Positions 45,856 to 54,755 of a stretch of 64,000 nucleotides of DNA are shown in pieces. Under the pieces are notes generated by a model, which saw only the letters and a program-made list of their open reading frames with translations, did not search any database and was not told where the DNA came from. The DNA comes from Candidatus Moraniibacteriota bacterium. Lineage in GTDB: Bacteria; Patescibacteriota; Minisyncoccia; Moranbacterales; UBA2206. The stretch spans positions 43,616-107,615 of the forward strand of contig JBAQUL010000012.1 in NCBI GenBank assembly GCA_049297495.1, read 5' to 3'. The position numbers and the translations under genes were made by a program. How positions within the stretch are numbered: the first letter of the stretch is position 1; every line of letters begins with the position of its first letter.

Positions 45856-47121
45856 ATGCTTAAAAAAATCAGAAACAACGCTTTTGCTTGGAATAGTTTT
45901 GTGCTTTTTTCCGGCAGTATGGTGAATAATGTGCTCAACTACATTTTCCATTTAGTCGTAGGAAGAATGGTGAGCGTGACTGTCTATGGGGAGACGGAAT
46001 CTTTGATTTCTCTTATGACGATTATTTCCGTTCCAGCTGCGACGCTGGTGATGGTGATGACAAAGTATGCGGCCGAGTGCAAGGCGCAAGATGATAAAAA
46101 ACGGAGCTATGAACTCTTGCGTTATTTTAACAAAAAAATAATGCAATATGGTACACCGGTTTTTCTGCTGACTATCCTTCTGACTCCCTATATTAGTCGC
46201 TTTTTGAATATTGAGAGCAACATTCCCTTGCTTATTGTTTGGACATCAATGCTGCTTTCGCTTTTCTCTTCTGGTGCTTCTGGGATGCTTAGTGGTTGGC
46301 AGAAATTTAAGCAATCCAGTTGGGCGGCGATTGCCGGAGGTGCTTTAAAGTTAGTTTCGGCATTAATTTTTATTTCTATCGGACTAAAGATTAATGGGCT
46401 GATGCTGAGTTTTTTTCTTTCTGCTGTTGGGACTTATGTCATTGCACTAATTTGCCTCAAATTTATCATTGTGGCGGGGAAAGGGGATGGTAAGGAAATA
46501 AGTAAGCTGAATTTTGGATCAGTCAAAAGCACGGTAGCGACTTTTTTCATGGGAAATCTGGCGATAAATGCTCTGGGAAATCTGGATATGGTTCTGGCAA
46601 AGCATAATTTGAGTGATATTGAAGCGGGGCAATATGGCGCACTTACAATTGTTTCTAAAATAATTTTTTTCGCGACTGGTGTGATTGCTTCAGTCCTTTT
46701 CTCGATGTCGGCGGAGCATAATCATAAAAAAGCGAATACAGGAAAACTTTTTCTCCAGGCTTTTTCTTTGATGGTTATGGTTTCTGCGATTTCTGTAGCA
46801 GTCTATTTCCTTGCACCAAAACTGATTCTTTCTTTACTTTTTGGAGCAAAATATAATGACGTTTCGGGTTATTTGGGCTGGTTTGCCATCATGGTTGTTC
46901 TTTTTTCTCTCGTGAATCTTACTTTGCAATATTTGCTTTCCTTGCATCGTATCAAGGTTGTCTATGGCATGCTCACCGTAGCGATTTCGTCTGCGATTAC
47001 AATTCTTTTTCTTGGTCACACGATTTCTGCTATACTAACCATAGGAATTGTGGCTCAACTCGTAGCACTAATTAGTACCCTGCCTTTTATGTTAAATTCA
47101 TTCAGTAAGCATCCTAAATAA
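45856..47121 (+). CDS. Wzx-like oligosaccharide flippase / polysaccharide biosynthesis protein (MOP superfamily)
   Basis: 421 aa, about 12 TM helices; glycan-locus context. Confidence 0.5.
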   Translation: MLKKIRNNAFAWNSFVLFSGSMVNNVLNYIFHLVVGRMVSVTVYGETESLISLMTIISVPAATLVMVMTKYAAECKAQDDKKRSYELLRYFNKKIMQYGTPVFLLTILLTPYISRFLNIESNIPLLIVWTSMLLSLFSSGASGMLSGWQKFKQSSWAAIAGGALKLVSALIFISIGLKINGLMLSFFLSAVGTYVIALICLKFIIVAGKGDGKEISKLNFGSVKSTVATFFMGNLAINALGNLDMVLAKHNLSDIEAGQYGALTIVSKIIFFATGVIASVLFSMSAEHNHKKANTGKLFLQAFSLMVMVSAISVAVYFLAPKLILSLLFGAKYNDVSGYLGWFAIMVVLFSLVNLTLQYLLSLHRIKVVYGMLTVAISSAITILFLGHTISAILTIGIVAQLVALISTLPFMLNSFSKHPK

Positions 47122-47132
47122 AACTTAATTAT

Positions 47133-48077
47133 ATGGAAGAGTCAAAGAGAAAAATGCTTTCAGTTGTAGTTCCCGTGTATAACGAAGAGAAGAATATTCC
47201 GCTTTTCTATGAAAAAATTCAAGTAGTGCTTAATGCGCTGGATTATGCCTGGGAGATTGTTTTTGTTAATGATGGCAGTCTTGATAAAAGTATTTCGGAG
47301 CTGGAGAAGATTTCCCGAGATGATTCTCGTGTACGAGTGATTGATTTCTCTCGAAATTTTGGCAAGGAGATTGCTGTTACTGCCGGGATTAATAGTTGCA
47401 TTGGAGACGCTTGTATGATTTTGGACGCTGATTTGCAGCATCCCATTGAGCGCATCCCGGAGTTTATCGAAAAATGGGAGAAGGGCGCTGAAGTTGTGGT
47501 TGGTGTGCGAGCAAAGAATAAAGGCGAGGGCTTTGTCAAAAAAGTCGGTTCCTATTTTTTCTACAAAATGATTAATCGAATTTCTGATATGGAAATCGTG
47601 ACTCGTGCAACGGATTTTCGTTTGTTGGATCGCGTGGTGATCGATGAGTTCAACAAATTGACTGAAAAAAATCGAATGACAAGAGCCCTCATTGACTGGT
47701 TAGGTTTTCGACGAGAGTATATCCAATTTGAGGCGAATGAGCGGATTCATGGAGCGCCAGCCTATAGTTTTTGGAAATTAGTGCGTTTGGCTTTCAATAG
47801 TATGATTTCGTTTAGTCTGTTTCCTCTGAAATTCGCCGGTTATATGGGAATTATCATCACATTGCTTTCGGGTCTTTTGGGAGTTTTTATTTTAGTTGAT
47901 CGCTATATAACGCAAGAATTGCATTTCTCCGGCTCAGTTATTCTGGCTGTTGTGATTCTGTTTTTGATTGGTATTGTGCTGATTTGTCTCGGACTAATCG
48001 CACTTTATATCGCCAACATCCATGCGGAAGTGACTAATCGACCGATGTATATCGTAAGGAAAAGCAAAAATGGCTAG
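47133..48077 (+). CDS. GT2 polyprenol-phosphate sugar synthase (DPM1/ArnC/GtrB-like)
   Basis: LSVVVPVYNEEKNI, FVNDGSLDKS, DADLQH motifs plus two C-terminal TM helices. Confidence 0.8.
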   Translation: MEESKRKMLSVVVPVYNEEKNIPLFYEKIQVVLNALDYAWEIVFVNDGSLDKSISELEKISRDDSRVRVIDFSRNFGKEIAVTAGINSCIGDACMILDADLQHPIERIPEFIEKWEKGAEVVVGVRAKNKGEGFVKKVGSYFFYKMINRISDMEIVTRATDFRLLDRVVIDEFNKLTEKNRMTRALIDWLGFRREYIQFEANERIHGAPAYSFWKLVRLAFNSMISFSLFPLKFAGYMGIIITLLSGLLGVFILVDRYITQELHFSGSVILAVVILFLIGIVLICLGLIALYIANIHAEVTNRPMYIVRKSKNG

Positions 48078-48090
48078 TTTGCGGGAATGC

Positions 48091-48119
48091 TTGACAAAAA
48101 TCTTCAAAAGCCTTAAACT
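48091..48119 (+). promoter_or_regulatory. Possible sigma70-like promoter TTGACA-17-TAAACT upstream of rpsP; the 16-mer gaatgcttgacaaaaa also occurs at 8993-9008
   Basis: Seen in sequence. Confidence 0.3.
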
Positions 48120-48190
48120 ATCTCAGTAACCTAAATTATACAAAAAAGAGCGATATTTTCGTCTCTGGTTTTTTATTAAAGACAAACTTT

Positions 48191-48640
48191 ATGCTGACTA
48201 TAAGACTCGCAAGAACAGGCAAAAGAAATACGGCACAATTCAAGATAATGCTTCAAGAGCGCACAATTGCTCCAGGAGGGCGTCATGTTGAGATTTTAGG
48301 GAGCTATAATCCTCATTCTAAGGCAGTTGTTCTTGAGGCTGACCGGATCAAATATTGGATTGAGAAAGGGGCATTTCTTTCAGATACGATGCATAATCTA
48401 TTGGTAAAAAATGGTGTTATTTCCGAAAAGAAGCGCATTGTAAAATTGCCGAAAAAAGCAGTTGTAGCTGAGGCGGAGGCGCCAAAAGAAGATGCTGCTG
48501 CTCCAAAAGCAGAGGAAGTTCCTGCTGAGGTGGTTGCTCCGAAAGCTGATGAGGTAGTTGCTGAGAAGAAGGAGGAGATTGCTGTTTCAAAAACCGAAGA
48601 GGTTGTTGCCACAGAAAAGACTCCTGAAGCGAAGTCGTAG
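48191..48640 (+). CDS. rpsP: 30S ribosomal protein S16 with an approximately 65 aa Ala/Glu/Val/Lys-rich C-terminal extension
   Basis: MLTIRLARTGKRNTAQFKIML...YNPHS...IKYWIEKGAFLSDTMHNLL S16 core; low-complexity tail AEAEAPKEDAAAPKAEEVPAEVVAPKADEVVAEKKEE. Confidence 0.85.
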   Translation: MLTIRLARTGKRNTAQFKIMLQERTIAPGGRHVEILGSYNPHSKAVVLEADRIKYWIEKGAFLSDTMHNLLVKNGVISEKKRIVKLPKKAVVAEAEAPKEDAAAPKAEEVPAEVVAPKADEVVAEKKEEIAVSKTEEVVATEKTPEAKS

Positions 48641-48686
48641 TAGTTTTATCATTATAGAATAGTAAATTTTTTTCCGCAGACGATAG

Positions 48687-48770
48687 GCGACCATAAGTCC
48701 TATTGAGGAAGATATAAAAAGATTTTCTTTTTAATTTGATCTGCGGAGTACCCGCAGTTTTTAATTGGAA
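48687..48770 (+). promoter_or_regulatory. L10-leader-like structured 5' region with a terminator-like hairpin (ctgcgg-agtac-ccgcag-ttttt) immediately upstream of rplJ
   Basis: Long-range complementarity ccgcaga (48687-93) / tctgcgg (48744-50) and a local hairpin + T-tract 14 nt before the rplJ ATG. Confidence 0.35.
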
Positions 48771-48783
48771 TAATTTGAACAAT

Positions 48784-49299
48784 ATGCAAACGAAGAATCA
48801 AAAAGAAGTGATTGTGTCTGAACTTAGCGATAAGTTGAAGGGTGCAAAAGCGGTTGTTTTTTCTGATTTCAAGGGACTTACCATGAAAGATATGGTAGCT
48901 TTGCGAAAAGAGCTCAGAGCGGAAGGTATCAGTCTTAAGGTGGTTAAAAAGACACTTATAAATATTGCGCTTAAAAATGCAGGAATTGAAGCTGATGTGC
49001 TCAAGATGGAAGGACAAATTGCAGTAGCGGTTTCTCCTAAAGATGAAGTGGCTGCGGCGAAAATTATGAGCAAGTTTTCTAAACTGAATGATAAGTTGAA
49101 AGTGACCGGTGGTGTATTGGAAGGAAAAGCAATTAATACCGATGAAGTGATTGCGCTTTCCAAGTTGCCATCCAAAGATGAACTCCTGGCCAAATTTGTT
49201 GGAACAATCAATGCGCCAGTGACGAATTTTGTCCGAGTACTGTCTGGAAATTTAAGTGGATTTGTGCGAGTTTTGAAAGCAGTTGCTGAGAAGAAATAA
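48784..49299 (+). CDS. rplJ: 50S ribosomal protein L10 (ORF opens at 48736; conserved start MQTKN at 48784)
   Basis: VVSELSDKLKGAKAVVFSDFKGLTMKDMVALRKELRAEGISLKVVKKTL L10 N-terminal domain; followed by rplL. Confidence 0.8.
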   Translation: MQTKNQKEVIVSELSDKLKGAKAVVFSDFKGLTMKDMVALRKELRAEGISLKVVKKTLINIALKNAGIEADVLKMEGQIAVAVSPKDEVAAAKIMSKFSKLNDKLKVTGGVLEGKAINTDEVIALSKLPSKDELLAKFVGTINAPVTNFVRVLSGNLSGFVRVLKAVAEKK

Positions 49300-49338
49300 T
49301 AATAGAGTTAATTAGTTAATTTTTTTAAGGATAAATAT

Positions 49339-49746
49339 ATGACAGACGAAAAGAAAGATGTAGTTGTTCCAGAAAAATTCCAAAAACTTGTTTCTGAAAT
49401 TGAAACAATGAGTGTTTTGGAACTTTCTGAACTCGTGAAGGTTTTGGAAGAGAAATTTGGTGTTTCTGCTTCTGCTGGTGTGATGATGGCCGCAGCTCCT
49501 GCTGCCGGTGATGCTGCTCCCGCTGCAGAAGAGAAATCAGAATTTGATGTTGAAGTGACTGCTTGTGGCGCTTCAAAGATTAACGTGATCAAGGCTGTTC
49601 GTGAACTGACTGGTCTTGGACTCAAAGATGCTAAGGATTTGGTTGACGCCGCTCCAAAGGTAATCAAGGAAAAGGTTTCTAAGGCTGACGCTGATAACAT
49701 GAAAAAGAAGCTTGAAGAAGCTGGTGCAACTGTGACTTTGAAATAG
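49339..49746 (+). CDS. rplL: 50S ribosomal protein L7/L12
   Basis: [21 protein letters not shown] dimerisation domain, Ala/Pro hinge, [24 protein letters not shown]...[14 protein letters not shown]-terminal domain. Confidence 0.9.
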   Translation: MTDEKKDVVVPEKFQKLVSEIETMSVLELSELVKVLEEKFGVSASAGVMMAAAPAAGDAAPAAEEKSEFDVEVTACGASKINVIKAVRELTGLGLKDAKDLVDAAPKVIKEKVSKADADNMKKKLEEAGATVTLK

Positions 49747-49771
49747 TCTTTTCTCAGCTTTTGAGAATAAT

Positions 49772-49803
49772 AAAAAAGTCCACTCGAGAGAGTGGATTTT
49801 TTT
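49772..49803 (+). terminator. Intrinsic terminator aaaaaagtccactc-gaga-gagtggattttttt after rplL
   Basis: Seen in sequence. Confidence 0.7.
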
Positions 49804-50043
49804 AGTGTTTTTGTCAAACAAAATCGCTTGAAATGATCTTGTCGGTTCAGTGTCTCCTGACCTGAACCATCTAGTTCTTTCTCAGCTTTATAATAATAGA
49901 AAACTTGTTTATTCTGCGTTAGCTGTTTAGAAATGAAAGATTCAAGTCAGAGACTTGAACCGACTATGAAACCTGGATTCCTGCCTTGCTCCACTGCCAA
50001 AGCTATGGCGGCACGCGGTCGCGGGAATAACACGCAGTGCCTA

Positions 50044-50241
50044 TTAAAAACTATAAGCGCTAGACATAACACTCAAAAACCAAGGAATGATGGCAACGAG
50101 GGCAATGAGCGGAAGAACGATGGTGGCGATGGTGATAATCATTGTCCATAGAAAATATTTACGCATCTTTTCAACTGAGGCGTAAATAAGGTCGAGCTTT
50201 TGGTCTTGCTCGGAGAGTTTTTGTTCGAGTTGGGGGTCCAT
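50044..50241 (-). CDS. Small (65 aa) C-terminally TM-anchored protein, hypothetical
   Basis: Hydrophilic coiled N-half, hydrophobic C-terminal helix IITIATIVLPLIALVAIIPWFL; the overlapping plus-strand ORF looks non-genic. Confidence 0.3.
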   Translation of the reverse strand: MDPQLEQKLSEQDQKLDLIYASVEKMRKYFLWTMIITIATIVLPLIALVAIIPWFLSVMSSAYSF

Positions 50242-50403
50242 AGAATTTTAAAATTATACTAATTATTCTAAATTTTGGTCATAGGCAACAAAGGTCATTG
50301 GCAGTAAGTTAAGTTATAGGTTTTAGGTTAAAGGTCTAACTTTTTTCTAATAACTTATAGCTAATGCCCAGACCTACCGCCAGTAACCCATGTTCCTTTT
50401 GAC

Positions 50404-51699
50404 TTATTCTTCCACCTCAATCCCCAAAGGCAATTCTTTGACAATTTCCGGCACCGGCATTTCTTGTGCTTTGTTTAGCTTTCTTTCAATTGTGCGACTT
50501 TTTCTGGATGCGCTTTCAATGGTATTGGATGCTTCTTGCAATTTTTTGTGCGTCTTGTCGAGCAGATCGCCAAAAGTGGAAAATTCGGTTTTGATCGCGC
50601 CTAGCGTCGCCCAAACATCGCTTGATCTTTTTTCAATGGCCAAAGTGCGAAAGCCCATCTGAAGGCTATTGAGAATGGCCGCGATAGTAGTTGGTCCGGT
50701 TACGATTACCTTATAGTCTCTCTGCAGCGTGTCAGCAAGGCCTGGACGGCGCAGAACTTCCGCATAGAGGCCTTCGATGGGCAAAAAGAGAATGCCAAAA
50801 TCAGTCGTGTATGGCGGATCGAGGTATTTTTCTTTGATATCTTTCGCCTCTGATTTGATGCGTACCTCAAGTGCTTTGCCAAGGGAGGCAATCAAGGCAA
50901 TATCACACTTTTCTTCTGCATCAATGAGATTTTGAAAATCTTCCAAGGGGAACTTAGCGTCGATTGGGAGCCAAATATTTTTCAGCTTTTCATCTTTGGC
51001 GGGAATTTTTATCGCAAATTCGACTCGATCATTGGAATCTTTTTTGGTGGCAACATTTTTTTCATATTGTTCAATCGTCATGATTTGGTCAAGCAACGTG
51101 CCAAGTTGCACCTCACCCCAAGTACCGCGGGTTTTGACATTTTGTAAAACTTTTTTGAGATCACCCACTCCACTTGCCAGTGTTTGCATTTCGCCGAGGC
51201 CCTTGTGTACCAGTTCCAGTCGTTCACTGACCAACTTGAAAGATTCACCCAAGCGTTTTTCTAGGGTGGCGTGCAATTTTTCGTCCACGGTCTCGCGCAT
51301 TTTTTCCAATTTTTCACTGTTGTCCTTTTGAATATTATCCAAGCGTTTTTCAATCGTTTCGCGGACATGTTCCATTCGTTTGTCATTTTTTTCAATCACT
51401 TCGCCGAGTTTATCAGAAAAACCAGAGAAGTTTTTGTTTTGCACTTCCGTGAGAGTGAATACCTGGCGATTGAGTGAATCGCCAAAATCCTTGATTGATT
51501 TCCTGATTTCTTCGCGTGTTTCTTTTCCGGAGATTGACGTTTCTGTCCGATTGGCAGACATTTCTTCTCGAAGAGCGCGCCCGATCCGCTCGTTACTTTC
51601 CTTGATGAGAGCGGAATTGTCACTTGATTTTCGCATAAAAATCAAAACCAAAACGGCAAAGTTAAAAACAAGAGAAACAACAACTAGAATTGTGAGCAT
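50404..51699 (-). CDS. rmuC: DNA recombination protein RmuC
   Basis: N-terminal TM, long coiled-coil, conserved KTRGTWGEVQLGTLL and C-terminal RmuC nuclease-like domain. Confidence 0.75.
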   Translation of the reverse strand: MLTILVVVSLVFNFAVLVLIFMRKSSDNSALIKESNERIGRALREEMSANRTETSISGKETREEIRKSIKDFGDSLNRQVFTLTEVQNKNFSGFSDKLGEVIEKNDKRMEHVRETIEKRLDNIQKDNSEKLEKMRETVDEKLHATLEKRLGESFKLVSERLELVHKGLGEMQTLASGVGDLKKVLQNVKTRGTWGEVQLGTLLDQIMTIEQYEKNVATKKDSNDRVEFAIKIPAKDEKLKNIWLPIDAKFPLEDFQNLIDAEEKCDIALIASLGKALEVRIKSEAKDIKEKYLDPPYTTDFGILFLPIEGLYAEVLRRPGLADTLQRDYKVIVTGPTTIAAILNSLQMGFRTLAIEKRSSDVWATLGAIKTEFSTFGDLLDKTHKKLQEASNTIESASRKSRTIERKLNKAQEMPVPEIVKELPLGIEVEE

Positions 51700-51814
51700 A
51701 ATGATTTTTCAAAATGGTTATAGTCCTATGATAGCACTAAACGGAATGGGGGTAAAATTAGGAAATTAATGGATCGTTTTGAAATTATAAGCCACTCATG
51801 CTAGGATAGATTTT

Positions 51815-52375
51815 ATGGAACTGACTGATAGACAATTGATCGAGGATTTTTTAGCGGGAGACGATGCTTCTTTTGAGCTTTTGGTAAAAAAATACTTGAA
51901 ACCGGTGTATAATTTCCTCTACCGTTTAACTGGGGGTGATGTGGCGCTGGTAGATGACTTGACGCAAGAGACATTTTTGAAGGCTTGGAAAAATATTAAA
52001 CGCTATAATTTGGAAAAAAACTTTAAAGTCTGGATATTTACGATTGCAAAGAATAATGCTCGTGATACTTGGAAACGGAAAAAAACCTTGCCTTTTGTGC
52101 TTTTTGAAAATAGTGATGGGTATAATAAGCTCGATGAAGTTGCCGAGGAAAAACCTTTGCCGGATGAAATCTTGGAGCGAATTGAGTCAGAAGGGGAGTT
52201 GGACGCAAAATTAAAAAAACTTCCAAAGAAATATCAGACCATTCTTTTTATGCGCTACAAAGATGATTTGAGCGTGGCGGAAATAGCTGAAATATTGTCA
52301 ATCCCCTATAACACAGCCAAAAGTCAACACCAAAGGGCATTGGGCCTGCTGAGAAATGAACTTTTGCACCCATAA
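51815..52375 (+). CDS. ECF-type RNA polymerase sigma factor (sigma-70 region 2 + region 4)
   Basis: region 2 (YRLTGGDVALVDDLTQETFLKAW) and region 4 HTH (LSVAEIAEILSIPYNTAKSQHQRALGLLR). Confidence 0.85.
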   Translation: MELTDRQLIEDFLAGDDASFELLVKKYLKPVYNFLYRLTGGDVALVDDLTQETFLKAWKNIKRYNLEKNFKVWIFTIAKNNARDTWKRKKTLPFVLFENSDGYNKLDEVAEEKPLPDEILERIESEGELDAKLKKLPKKYQTILFMRYKDDLSVAEIAEILSIPYNTAKSQHQRALGLLRNELLHP

Positions 52376-52480
52376 TTAAATCCCAATCGTAGTACAGTTG
52401 AGACGTGCGCGTTTGTTTGCTTCCTATGTTTTTTTCATTTTCATAGAGCATCAGGCGCGCAAGTCCCTGGAAAACATTTT

Positions 52481-52897
52481 ATGAGTAACAAATTAAATCA
52501 ACTATTTGAGGGCATTAATGAAATAGATCCGCCAATAGCGCTGGCGGGTTTTGTTTTCTCCGAGATTGCGAAAGAAAAAAATAGAATAACGAAAAGACAG
52601 TTATTTTTTTCCTATGTTAGTTTCGCTGGATCATTTACTTTAGCAATTTATGTGGGAACTGTGTTTGGACAAGCATTTTTACAATCGGAGTTTTGGACAA
52701 TGCTTTCTCTCGTGTTTTCAGATATTGCTATTGTTATGAGAAATTGGGATACTTTTTTTCTTTCACTCCTGGAAACTTTCCCTGTGGCGCATGCAATGAT
52801 TCTCTTAGTTCCGATTTTTCTGATGCTAGCTTCTGCGAGCTATTACTTTAATAGTAAGACGAATTATAGGTATAAGTATAATTTAATAACATCTTAA
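52481..52897 (+). CDS. Putative membrane anti-sigma factor cognate to the ECF sigma
   Basis: 138 aa; short cytoplasmic N-terminus then 3-4 TM helices; position directly downstream of the sigma gene; no motif evidence. Confidence 0.35.
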   Translation: MSNKLNQLFEGINEIDPPIALAGFVFSEIAKEKNRITKRQLFFSYVSFAGSFTLAIYVGTVFGQAFLQSEFWTMLSLVFSDIAIVMRNWDTFFLSLLETFPVAHAMILLVPIFLMLASASYYFNSKTNYRYKYNLITS

Positions 52898-52899
52898 AT

Positions 52900-53454
52900 A
52901 TGAGCACACAAGAATTGGTTAAATCAAGAAATTTCAAAATAGCGCTGGGTGTCGTCGGAGCGCTGCTTGTTGTTTTTGCCAGCTTTTCAAGCGGTGTCGC
53001 CGTGGGGTTACACAAAGCAAAATTTTCCTACCAGTGGGGCCAGAATTACGAACGTAATTTTATGGGTCCGGGGAAAAGAGCTGGCGGAATGATGGACGCT
53101 GATGATCGTGGACAGATGATGGGTGTCCGTCGTGATGGGGGAATGATGGATTTTCCAAGGAATATCGAGGGGCGGGATTTCCGTAATGCACATGGCATTG
53201 CCGGAACGATAATTTCCGTCGCGGACAATAATTTGATTATCAAGGATCGTGATAATAAGGAAAATACTGTTGCCGTGACGGATAGAACGATCATTAAAGA
53301 CCATATGCTCGATGTGAAGATCTCAGACCTAAAAGCTAATGATCAAATTGTGGTTATGGGAAGGCCTGATGATCAAGGTATCGTTAATGCTGATTTGATT
53401 CGAGTTTTTTGTTGTGGCGAGTCAAGTGAAATAACCAATAGTAATAATAACTAA
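52900..53454 (+). CDS. Membrane-anchored protein with a Gly/Met-rich linker and a beta-rich C-terminal domain; paralog of 57095-57544
   Basis: N-terminal TM; C-terminal domain alignable to 57095 ORF (GTIISVADNNLIIKDRDNKENTV...ANDQIVVMG vs GQIISKDDTSITIKSRDGGSKIV...VGEDVMVTG). Confidence 0.45.
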   Translation: MSTQELVKSRNFKIALGVVGALLVVFASFSSGVAVGLHKAKFSYQWGQNYERNFMGPGKRAGGMMDADDRGQMMGVRRDGGMMDFPRNIEGRDFRNAHGIAGTIISVADNNLIIKDRDNKENTVAVTDRTIIKDHMLDVKISDLKANDQIVVMGRPDDQGIVNADLIRVFCCGESSEITNSNNN

Positions 53455-53459
53455 TTTGT

Positions 53460-54605
53460 ATGAAAACGAAAAGAATCTATATTGCGGTTATTGCGTTAGT
53501 TCTGATTGGAGGAGGCTACTATTGGTATAAAAAATCAAATACGGCGAGCACTGCTCCGACATATAAAACAGCTGTGGCGGAAAAAGGCATGCTTACGAGT
53601 TCTATTTCTGGATCAGGCAATGTGATTGTTGATCAGTTGGCAACAGTTGATCCAACCATTTCTGGTACAGTGGCAAACTTGGCTGTTAAGATTGGTGATC
53701 CGGTCAAAAAGGGTCAGCTACTTTTTACGATTGTAAACGATCAATTGGGAGTGAGTGCGGCAAAAGCCGGTGCGAGTTATGCGCAATCCAAAAAATCTCT
53801 CGATGATCAAAAATATGCCAAAAAGCAAGCTGAGGCTGATTATAAGGCTAACCCGAAGAAACTCTTAAAAGATAAAGTGGCACTAGCGGATAACGCGATT
53901 GATATTGCCGAGCAGAATTTGGCAGTCTCTGCGGCAGATTATCGCAATCAACTTGCTGATGCGGCGAAAAGAAAGGTGACAGCGCCGATTGATGGAACTG
54001 TTAACGAGGTAAATATAAAAAATGGTGACGATCTTGGAAAAATTTCTTCTGGATCAACAAAACTTTCACCAATAATCATTGGAGATCTCGGAACGCTGAA
54101 AGCTTCAGTTTCGGTTAACGAAGTTGATATTCCCAATGTGGCCGAGGGTCAAAAGGTGATGTTCAAATTTAGTGCGATAGATGACTTAGAGCTTTCCGGC
54201 AAAGTGGAAAAAATTGATTCACTAGGGACGATAACACAAGGAGTTGTGACGTATAACGTAACAATTGGTTTTGATGTGACGGATCCAAGAATAAAGCCTC
54301 AAATGAGTGTTTCGGCCAATATCATCACTGCGGTTAAGCAAAATGTGCTGCTTGTGCCAGACTCTGTTGTCAAAACCCAGAATGGCAAGAGCTATGTTGA
54401 AGTTTTGAATGATGGTAATGCGCTTCCTGTTCAAAGGACTGTGGAAGTGGGATTGTCCAATAATACTGACACGGAAATTGTTAGTGGCATTAATTCTGGC
54501 GATAAGGTGGTTACCCAAACAATAAGTTCGACGACTAAGGCTGCTTCGGCAACAGCTTCAAGTGCTGGCAGTCGAGGTGGAATGGGAGGATTTTTGGGAC
54601 ACTAA
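53460..54605 (+). CDS. Periplasmic adaptor (membrane fusion protein, HlyD/MacA family) of a MacAB-type ABC efflux system
   Basis: N-terminal TM, biotinyl/lipoyl-like hairpin motifs (SGSGNVIVDQLATVDP...KGQLLFTI), beta-barrel and C-terminal Gly-rich tail. Confidence 0.75.
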   Translation: MKTKRIYIAVIALVLIGGGYYWYKKSNTASTAPTYKTAVAEKGMLTSSISGSGNVIVDQLATVDPTISGTVANLAVKIGDPVKKGQLLFTIVNDQLGVSAAKAGASYAQSKKSLDDQKYAKKQAEADYKANPKKLLKDKVALADNAIDIAEQNLAVSAADYRNQLADAAKRKVTAPIDGTVNEVNIKNGDDLGKISSGSTKLSPIIIGDLGTLKASVSVNEVDIPNVAEGQKVMFKFSAIDDLELSGKVEKIDSLGTITQGVVTYNVTIGFDVTDPRIKPQMSVSANIITAVKQNVLLVPDSVVKTQNGKSYVEVLNDGNALPVQRTVEVGLSNNTDTEIVSGINSGDKVVTQTISSTTKAASATASSAGSRGGMGGFLGH

Positions 54606-54707
54606 GTCGTGGTGTTGAAATAATTTTAAACAATCAACGATCAGTTTTCATTGAAGTTACAATCAACCAGGTATCAATTATTTATTTTTTATAAATTTAA
54701 AAATTAT

Positions 54708-54755
54708 TTAATTGAAAATTGATTGAAAATTGAAAATTGCGAATTGAAAATTTTT
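54708..54755. repeat. Tandem TTGAAAA/ATTGAAA heptamer-like repeats (at least 5 copies) spanning the start of the ABC ATPase gene
   Basis: Seen in sequence: aattgaaaattgattgaaaattgaaaattgcgaattgaaaatttttt. Confidence 0.6.

Noticed and set aside
49806-50050. Possible tRNA or tmRNA in the region after rplL (GGTTCAAGTC-like T-loop on the minus strand)
   Set aside because: No acceptor/T-arm complementarity, no CCA-compatible 3' end and no cloverleaf could be built by eye; treated as hairpins only.
49933-50151. 72-aa plus-strand ORF overlapping the small minus-strand membrane ORF
   Set aside because: Gly/Asn/Asp-rich low-complexity product with no hydrophobic core; the minus-strand 65-aa TM protein is the more gene-like of the two, and even that is low confidence.
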